Below are positions 23,094 to 32,600 of a stretch of DNA of 64,000 nt, one piece after another. The position numbers and the translations under genes are program-made. Numbering within the stretch: position 1 is the stretch's first letter; each line of letters begins with the position of its first letter. Location: positions 1-64,000 of the forward strand of contig DF237400.1 in assembly GCA_000708835.1 (NCBI GenBank), written 5' to 3'. Below the pieces are notes generated by a model, which saw only the letters and a program-made list of their open reading frames with translations, was not told the DNA's origin and did not search any database. Source of the DNA: Klebsormidium nitens (Eukaryota > Plantae > Klebsormidiophyceae).

Positions 23094-24794
23094 TTGAGGA
23101 CGATCTGAGATGTCCCTGAGCTTTGGCGCGAACTGCCGCTGCTGAAGCACTCCTTTGTCCACCTTTCGTGCTCTCAGACTTATCAGCAAAACATCCGGTA
23201 TTGCGAGACCGTTTGATCTGTTTACCGGATTGCCTACATGAAATTGGAAGTGCGTGACAGCCTGGCGACACCACTAATGTTTCGAGCTACACGGTTGTTC
23301 TGAGGGTCTAGCAAGTACGAGGCTCGCATGCATCCTCTCGAGCTCTGGTGCCCGTATTTGAATCCAGCTGTACTGAGACAATCATATATAGGTTCACTTT
23401 TGTATTTGCGGCGTCCCGGCAGGCCTCCGCCTTGATTTCACTTTGGCGTGCAATTCAATCTGATAAGTAAGATTGCTGATTGGCGACAACGTGGATTGTA
23501 GCATCTTCAGTATAGAGCTGATAGTGATCTGACATTGTCACGCAACATCGCATGTGGGCCATCACATTAGAACGGTAGCTTGCTGTTGTAGTCGGATCTG
23601 ATTGCGCATGCAAGGTCCAACGATGAGTCATGCAATCGAATCTGCCTTTCGTATGACTTCATAGTCTGCCTCGGACGGTCGCAAGACTTTTCAGAGCCTC
23701 AGGCTCAACTTCCATATTATTGGTCGAGTTCAAGTTATGCGGCCGGGCAGCGTTTGCAGTCATCTTTCAACAGCAACATCTCGCGTGCATGTACTCCGAC
23801 TATGTACGTACATCGAATTCAACACGTTAATCGCCAAATAGGCGTCGACTAGTTAGCATGCCGCGCGGCGGCCGCCTGACTGGCGAGTGGCCGACCCATC
23901 ATTGCCGGGCCCGGCCGCGCGGCGCGTGGGACCTGCATATGCAGCGCGGCCCGGCATGCATGACTTGAGAACAAGAGGAAATATGGACCGTGGCCGCGGC
24001 CCCAGGCTTCATGCAAGCTTAGCAATTAATTCAGGCCATTCAACGTTGGCCATTCAATGTACATGTGCATCATAGATTCTCATTCTAGCTTCTGCGCGCG
24101 ACGAATTGATGCCAGCCGGTCTAGTGACAGCGCAAGACGGTCCGACGTCATGCGATGTCATTGCATGATGACGTTACAGTAGCTGATGAACGTTTGCATC
24201 AGAGACTTGACGACCATATTGTCACTTCCGACGACTGCAATATTCGCCGCGCAGTCATGTGTCTGCCATATTGGGGCCAGCAGTCCCACTGCCAATCATG
24301 CAATCAGCGACTAGACTGACGAACAAGCATGCTTTGTCGCAGCCACCTACTGCCGTCGCAACTTCACGAGCCTGAAGAATTTAAACATCCAATCAAATGA
24401 TCAAAGCTGCAACAGAATGATGCGGCGCTCGCTGACAATGTCCACAATCAAGTTTGGCTTGCTTGCGACGTAGCTGAACCTCAACTTGGCCAGGCCAGGG
24501 CGGAGCCGCTGCAAACAACAACACCCATTACTCACTCATACATGTATGGTTTTAGCAGCTAAGGCCCAGCCGCATCCTCATCTGATGTAGTCAAGGCGTT
24601 TGGCAATGCCAAATGCTGATCATTGCCAACTATCCACGAGGAGACCGAGAGTATTGCATCATCTACCCGACGGTTCTCGCTCTTGCGAAGGCGGTCGACA
24701 GTAGACCACAAAATCCGCTCGCCGCCCGCGTCAGCGCGCACGGGATTCCGTGATACATTGCAGTCGGCAGCCGTTGCAATTATAACTTGACCGT

Positions 24795-27700
24795 TCAGGC
24801 CTGCCTTTCGGAAGGATTCGAAGCCTCGCATGCTGCCAGGTGCTGTTCAGCGGCCGCCGTGTCTCTTCGCAGGAGCCTCTCGTACTCTCGATGGCTGTGC
24901 GGGATCTCAGAGGCATCATCCGTGATCTCGCGGAAGTCTTTCCACGCCTCCTCCTGCAAGTTCCACAAGGGACGCGTGTCAGAACCGTAGCTTTTATTCA
25001 ACGCAACAAATTTAGTGTACGGATGGAACGGTTCGTCGTTTCAATTCGTTGCAGTGCCTTAGCTCTTTCTTTTGTTGTCCGGGTGTGACCGTAGGATTGG
25101 GCCTTATCGTGTTCGTACCCCTGAAACGGTTGGACCCTTGAGTAGAGACACTGCACTGAGACTGCGACCAGAAGACAAGAATTTGCACAGATTCTTTATA
25201 GCGGGTCGACAGCACAATCAGAACGTGCACGTATCACTAACTGAACCCTCCCCTTCAGACTTGACCCATTTTGAAAGGGTCGAAGCAGGCGCCGCCTGCA
25301 CGCGGCAAGCCATAACGGCGACTCTTCCAGTCTAGCGTGTCCTGGCAAGTCGCTCGAACAAAACCGCTTGCATCTCTTTGTCGACCACAGGCTAGCCCAA
25401 TGAGTCCACGTCTGACGTCACCCCAGAAGCGACAGTCATACAATCTCCTCCAACAAACGCTTCTCTGCTGACTTCCTTTTGCTGCTAAATTGAGCTACTC
25501 TTCCGTAAAGGGAGCGCTCACCCAGACTCTGCGCAGGCTGCGCAATGGCAGCACTTCCATGCGGGCAAGGAGGAGGGCGGCGTGCACGTACGTCCGAAAG
25601 AACAACACCTGAGCACGCAGCCACGAGTGACGTTAGCATGGGCATTTTGGATGCTACGAGTGACGCCAGCTCATCACAAAGGCTGTACGTTGTTTGGGAC
25701 TGGACCACGACTTGTGGAGAAACGTGCGGAGCAGTACATTGAAGTGAAGAGCGCGGTGAAGGACGTGCACTTTGTGAGATTCTTCAGAGTTGCGTGCTTC
25801 CGTCTTTAGGCAAAGTGTCAGCGAAATCTGGGAGGCGGAGGTACTCGGGTCTGTTTGGAACCAGTACTTTCAAAAGCAATCCCTCCCCTGATTACCCCGT
25901 TCTTGCTTATCCAGGTTAGCTCCGCTTCCATCCAAGTGTTGCCTGCTTTTCTTTGATTCTGGGGTAATGCTTTAGTGGCTGCTGGAGTGCGGCTGTGCCG
26001 GCCTTGCTGACGTGCCTTGAACCTCCCGATGTACACCGTATTGCGCTTTAAAGGCACGCGCACCGGTTGCCTTGCTGAAGGACTCCAAGCCACACGTCGT
26101 CGCAGCAAAGCTGGACGGATGAGCGGCGTGGCCGCACCTTGTCTCGTTCCCACCGCTTTTGGCGCTCCTTCAGCGGCAAATCCGCGTAGTTCGAGTACGT
26201 ATACTCCGATGCCTGCACGCGGTGCAGGAGCACGCACACCATCGTGGGGCCGCCGCGCGCGTCACCTGACGCGGCCGCCTCGGCGCTCGCGCGCACCAGG
26301 CGCTCGCCCACCGAGAGGTCGCCCTGCAGCAAAAACGAGTGGTCGAAGGGGTTCGGAAATCACGAAGTGCGGCAACAGCATGGGCCTGGATTGAGCAGCC
26401 TGTGAGGCGAATAGATAGATAAAAAACCGCCAGAAAGTTCATCAAAGACTTGATCAGCGGACAGGCTTTGAAAGACAAGACCTGTTACCTGTCCTACGCT
26501 CGAGCGAGGACCTTTTCTTGTGGTTTTCACGCACTAGTGAGAAGGACCCGGTGGAAATGGCAACTTTCGAGGGGCTCAGTCGGGGCTGTGTCACCTGTCC
26601 GTTGTCGCCGATGAGCAGGAAGCGGTACTCGGGGTACAGCGCGGCATACTCCAGGAAGCGCTGGTGCTTGAAGTCCGCAACAGGCCCCCAAGCGCGAATC
26701 AGCGCCGCGCGATTTCCGCGAGCAGCGATGCCACGTGACAGGGCCTGGAACCCGGCGGACAGGGACCTGGGGAACGCGGGAAAGGGGAGGAGTCGGGTTG
26801 AAAGAAAACGATGTATCAACGGTTGGTTGGTTCGAAGATATAGAGCAATCATTGTGGTGAAGATGGATGCATCTGAGATGGGAGCTTTCGTCTGCGAAAT
26901 TACTTTTGCAGAGTAGAGTCCTTGGGGATGCAGCAAGTAGACCGCACTGATAATCGAAATTGGACTGTCAGTCATTCAAGAACCTACGCTTGGATTGCTC
27001 TGTCAGATCTCCTCTTGTTTCGTCTCGCCAAATTGGAAAGAAGCATATCATACTGAGTAATGTGTCTTCACCCGAATCTTTCAGCCCAGCTCATGGGTCG
27101 ATCGGCCGGCAGAGATGCCCGTGCCCCACGCCTGCGCCCAAGGTTTATGATGGTTCTGGCCCCGCAGAATCCTCCGGCTGCGCCTACGCGACTTAGGAGC
27201 TCCTTTGTACTTCCTTTTTTTTTGTTTACCAAAGCGTTCTTCCTCAGGGCCAAATCCGTGATCAAAAAAGTTCCCGAGCGCCTTACCCGGGCAGGACGGT
27301 GGGCATGACAGCGAAGCGCTTGGTTCGGTACAGACCGTGCAGGTACCGGTAGATGGCCGCCTCCACCCAATCGCTGTACGCATGGGGCCGCGCCCACAAA
27401 AAGGCCACGCCGGGCAGGCCCGGGGGCGGCTGCAGCCAGGAATTTGCAACGTTCACCATACGACTGCAGCGCCTGATCGGTCGATTACTATAGCGAAGTC
27501 GGATATCCAGAGTGTGCTCTGCCCTTTCATGATCGAGCGCTGCGCATCAGCATGAATCAAGCAAGGCGGGGGCGGTGGGAAAAACCGCAGACACGAATCC
27601 GCAACTTTGTGTCCACAGACGGATTGTCGAGAATTAGAAAAGGCACATTGACGGGCTCAGCTGGCTGGAGATGCCACGTGTCCTCACCTCGTCAGCTAGT

Positions 27701-29832
27701 GCGGCAGTGCCTCCTTCCGAGCTGCCTGGAACGGCCGTTTCGCTGTGGGCGTGGGCCAGCTCCTCCAGAAGGGCGAACACGCCTACGAAGGCAAAAGGTG
27801 AACCCGCTATCAAAAAACCATACTGAGGACATAGTAAGGATATCCGCGAATTTTGTAGCGTCACCTCGACCCCTCCTGAGATCGAAAACCAATGACCCAA
27901 AAGGGCGAACAACTCTCCAAAGTCGAAATTGCAGCACGTGGCCTCACAAGAAGAGGGCAACCCAAGAGCAATCTCATTGACAGCAAGAAGAGAATCCCAA
28001 TCAGACATGAGAGTCGGCTTTCGGCTCTGCTCATCACAATCAGAGGCTACACTTGGTCCTCGTTCTTGTCCCTAGTGCAAGTCACTGCAACACGGTCCGT
28101 CTCGTCGCACTGTCCGTAAGCTGCTCGACTCTGTGTCGGTCATGAAAAGAAGCGGAGAGCAGCAGCAGCGGGCCGACCTGGGTACGGGCAGAATTGTGGG
28201 AAACGCGTATCGATGCCGGACAGGTTTTTGGCGTGGCTGCAGTAGAGCGTGTCGTCCAGGTCGCACACCACCTTCATGCCCAACGCGGCGCCCCCGCCCA
28301 CGGCAACGGCCGCCTGGCAGCGTGCACCAGAGAAAGGGTCAGAGGAAATGTGTCCAGCAACGGTTCAACGAAAGTTTCAGTTCGATGTTTCGAGGATCTT
28401 GACACAAGGTCCACCCTAGAAGGAGCAGCCCCCAGCTGCTCCCATAGAATCGGAAGAGACGCAAGCGGCGTTTATGAAAATCAAAAAGGGTATAAAGAAG
28501 CTAACAGTCAGCCGCTGAGCATCCGACTGAACAATCAAGGGCTCTCAGTCTAGCCCCGCGCCACTCTCGACCTTGTGAATGCATTATTGTAGCTGGCCCA
28601 TGCCGCTTGCCGGATCGCTCCTCAAGAGTCTGGGGGCCCACCTGCGCTTCCCGCTGGATGTGCGCGAGTAGGGGCGACCGATCGGGGGACGGCAGGTCAG
28701 CGTATATCAGCTTGTGCAGATTGTGCACAGTGCCCCCCTCGTCCAGCAGCCGCTTCAGCAGCGCCAGGTCCGCCCCGCCAGAGGCCAGCAGCAGGGCGCG
28801 CACCAGCGCAGCGTACGGGGCGCGGAAAACCAGGCCCGAAGACTGGCACGCCGCAATGAGGGCCGCCCTGCACGAATAGTATACACAAGTGTCGACTCGT
28901 TTTTGATTCTTCTACAGACCGGCATTCTTTGTGTCCAGCAGAGAATGGAAAAGCAGGACAGCGGCAGTGTTTCAGTCGACTCCTTCTCAACGCTAAACAG
29001 CAGGGAGGGCACTCTAGGCAAAGCTAGATGCAGTTAGTCAAGTATCGTCACATCAATCAAGATTGGGAAACCCTTACAAATCTGAATGCAACTGCATAAG
29101 TTCAGATGGCAGTCCGCTGTCCATTGTGAAGGGCTCACCTGCTTGGGACGGTGAGGTCGCGCAGCCGCCCGTCGTGGCTACCTAGGGTCTCCAGTGTGGC
29201 CGCATTCAGCAGCCCCAGCAGCTCAGCTACCCTGTCCACACCCCCAGCAAACACGCGGTTCAGCTCCTCTGCATCAGCCTGCCCCACCGCTGACTCTAGC
29301 TGTGCTTGGATGTTTGCCAGACTAGTTGTGAACGGCAGGGACGTGTACTTGAGAAGGGGGGCTAGCGTGCGCGCCCCCGAGACTATGGTGTAGATCGGGC
29401 TGTCTGGTATGTCGTCTTCAAAAGATGATGCTGTGGGCGGTGGCTGGGCGAACCGCCAGGCAAGGAAGCCGGTGGAGAGGCTAATGCTGGCAATTGCCGC
29501 CCACGTCTCCAGCAACCCCTATAGGGACAAGAGCCTCATCGTCAGTGCGGGTTCGCAGCGAGCATTGAGTTGGTCTAAAGAAGGCCGAAGTGTGCATTTT
29601 CGAACAACGCCGAACAATGCAAGTATGCTCAGGTCCTTCCATGAGGATCTTCCTACAATCGGTCAGATATCTAGTGTAGTTTCCTGAGCGCAACTCACAA
29701 CAGGCAAACAACTCTGGAAGACTGATCCAGTTGGCGCCTCACCGGCTCTGTGCCTGCCCATCTGGAGACGCCCAGCCAGCCCAACCCCCCTGTGACAGCG
29801 GCTCCGAGAAGCCACCCCCTGCTGACGCCCAT
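24795..29832 (-). CDS. App1-like (DUF2183) HAD-family phosphatase with two N-terminal hydrophobic segments
   Basis: Exon 1 29743-29832 (MGVSRGWLLGAAVTGGLGWLGV...), exon 2 29139-29518. HAD motif I CDLDDTL (28248-28262), motif II region FLWARP, motif III DFKHQRF, motif IV LIGDNGQ|GD (26595-26612 plus next exon), later FFRTYVHAAL; stop at 24795. Substrate (phosphatidate) is inferred from the App1 family. Confidence 0.75.
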
Positions 29833-29958
29833 GGGGCCAGAGTGATCATGAGCTGCTTTGCGAACTACAGGGTGAGGGCAAAGACTAAAATACTCAAATC
29901 TTTACAAAGGTCCTCCCGAGTACGGGGGAATGCTGGACTAAGCCCATGTGTAGTGAGC

Positions 29959-30554
29959 CTACGGCCCTGCCTTAGCTGCTGTAGCTGAGGTTGGCAGCGG
30001 GGCATCGGGGACCCTGTCTCCCGTAGCGCTATTTCCTGGTGCTGGGCCCAGTGCTGGTGGTTGACCCTCAGCCTCAGATTCCTCAGAGTAGCCAGGGATT
30101 GTCTGCAGCAGAGAAAGATGTTTGGCGAAAAACTTCAGATCAGAGGCAAGGATTCACAACGTAGAGTGTGGTTGCAAACAGGGGGGTCCTTTACAAGGAT
30201 GCTGCGCAGGCCCTCAGACCCAGCGCCACAGTAGCTGTGCGCCGAGTGTGCCGGTCAGCCACCTTTGCTTGTGACAATCAGACACAGGAGTCACAGGGGA
30301 TGGGCAGACCCACAGACAAGTAATCATTGGATCACAAGCACAACATCTCTTCTGCCAGCATTTGAGTCTAAGTGCCAGCGAGGTGCTTCGTTTTAAACTG
30401 CAGCAAGCATGGTGGCGTGCGGAGCGGGCACGTGGCTGTGCATGCACGTGCTGCTCACCAGGTCTGGGCGGTACACGTTGTGCACCACAGCAGCGCCCGC
30501 CAGCAAGGAACCCATCGCAACAGCGTAGGACACCAAGTACGTCCGCATGGCCAT
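29959..30554 (-). CDS. BRAWNIN/UQCC6-like (DUF4516) mitochondrial microprotein, 79 aa
   Basis: Exon 1 30459-30554 MAMRTYLVSYAVAMGSLLAGAAVVHNVYRPDL, exon 2 29959-30102 TIPGYSEE...; AGAxVVHxxYRPDLTIP matches the DUF4516 motif as I recall it, with the intron at PDL|TIP. Confidence 0.8.
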
Positions 30555-30770
30555 TCTCCAAGGGCAACGGGCGTCATGCGGTAAGCAGCTGTGCAATGCA
30601 GGCAGCAGACAGAGCAGCTATGTACCTACCCAACGTCACCTTACTATTACGGTAGACACACACACGAAGAGCGCCAGCTGCGCTGAGAGATGCTAGCAAC
30701 TAGAACGACGGCGCGAGCGCACGGCATCGGAATATCTGAATGTGTAGGACTTGCGAGGCCAGCTGGCAGA

Positions 30771-30784
30771 GTGACACGTGTCAC
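30771..30784. promoter_or_regulatory. Perfect 14-bp palindrome GTGACACGTGTCAC containing a G-box/ABRE (ACACGTGTC)
   Basis: Located ~220 nt upstream of the BRAWNIN-like ATG; CACGTG is the canonical bZIP/bHLH core. Confidence 0.55.
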
Positions 30785-31124
30785 CTTCATGGAAAACGGG
30801 TTTGATTAAGCGTGCATATGCCCGGCCAAACTATCACGTCATCATCTTGTGTTGAATGTGCTCATGAACCACTGTTTTTCCATAGGCCGTTGGATTGCAC
30901 ATGAGCTTCAAATGCTGATCGAACCGTCGCTGCTGCTATTGGATGCTTGGCAGCCCTCATGTATGTTACAAGAACCCCAGTAGTCTAATAGGGCGGGGCA
31001 ACGTTCTGACTCGTTTGGATAATACTGCTCTGTTTTCCGCTGTACCTACAACAGTCGAAACACCTCAAATCCGAAGTGTTTGTGCGAGCGAAGAATTGTT
31101 AAAAAACCGACTTGCGTAACCAGC

Positions 31125-32600
31125 TTACTCTAATGTCTCTATGCTTCGTACAGCCAACGCCCCGTCTTCACTTGGTCGTTGATGATCTCTTCTCGCTAAG
31201 AACGTCCTTGCTTGGTTGTCTACTTGCCACAAGCTGCACTGCCAAAGAGCCGCGCCCTTATGGTCCCTCCAGACGGGCTCCTCCCCGAGCTTAGCGGCCG
31301 TCGTGCATTCGTTTTGGACACACCGGACGATGCTCCGGTCCGGCTCGTAGTAATCAGGAACCGCAACACAGCCAAGCGCCACATAACCGGAGGGAGGTCG
31401 AGGCCGCCAGATGGTGACCGGTTCTCGGGCTCCGCTGTCCGTGTCGCGCCAGATCTATCAAATGAGCGTAGAACCACGTTATAAGATGTTGGGTCGCCCA
31501 CACAAAATTTACGACAGTAATGTCGTTACTCGCTCTGAAGGGAATGTTTACGAGTCCGATGAGCAGCCTTGTAAGCCTTCATTGAAGTGGCTATGTGTTT
31601 GACTTCGATGAGCTTTCTTAACACGAGCTTGAGACAAGTGCCCCAGGAAGACCAAGAAGCAGCCAGTACTGCGAATCAGATACACGAGATCAAGCTATCA
31701 ACTATCTTGCGTTGAAATAATGGAGCCCGAGCGCGCAAATAAGCAGCCACCTGGCAAAACCAAGGACATCTCAGTGATAAACATCACAGCTTTATCTCAA
31801 CTTGAATAGATACTTTGCTCCAGAAAGGAGCATTCAACTAGCACGAGGCCTCTCAGAGCATGGCGCCACACGAGGTTATTCATCAGGTCCAGGTTCCCAG
31901 TCTGACATGCAACATGCAATCGGAAATGCCTGTTTTGAAAACCATACAAGGGTTTCGAGATGACGACCTACCAGATCGTATCCGACCGGTTGCGCGAACT
32001 GCCCGTTGGAGTCGTCCAGGTAGACCATGGCCATCTTGGGGGCGTCGTATCCTCGCTGCACCACGTCGCCCAGAACCACGTACCTGCGCCAAAGCGGAGC
32101 GCTTGTGCCTGGCGACGACAGGAGGCAGTGGCAGAGGCAAACTACGGCCTGCCTCTGTTTGCAGGTTTTGGAATGAGCTAAATAATATCTGATCCCCATA
32201 CTTGCGCGGCAAGTCAATAGAAGCTGACAACCAGCCACTGCGAGGCAGACTGGGAAGCAGCCCATTCGCATAAGTTGTGCTGCAGAAAGGCGTACTGGTG
32301 TGCCTGCGGCTTACCCGGCAGGCGCAATGGGCCGCCAGATGGACACAGTGTACCGCTTGCTCCAGGCAGCGCCCTGAAGCAGGAAAGCGGGGCGCGTAAG
32401 CAACAAGACAGGCTCCTTCTTCACATCACTGTCAAGGTTCTTTTTGAGGATTGCGCAGCGCTAAGATTTCTCCCAAGAACATTTGCAGTCGCCGTTTCGA
32501 GCTGGCAAGAGCATCTTAAGGCTACCGCGCCCAAAAAGTTGGCAGCTCACCTTGTCCCACCACATGAGCCGGAACTGGCGTACCAGCTTGCACGCCGGGG
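31125..32600 (-). other. VPS13: VPS13 C-terminal Vps62-like (beta-tripod) domain exons
   Basis: FRLMWWDK|...VSIWRPIAPAG|YVVLGDVV...PVGYDL|IWRD...VTIWRPRPPSGYVALGCVAV...SLWQVDNQARTF; boundaries approximate. Confidence 0.8.

Noticed and set aside
24166-24320. C/D snoRNA-like boxes (ATGATGA...CTGA)
   Set aside because: No terminal stem, implausible box spacing and no recognisable rRNA guide.
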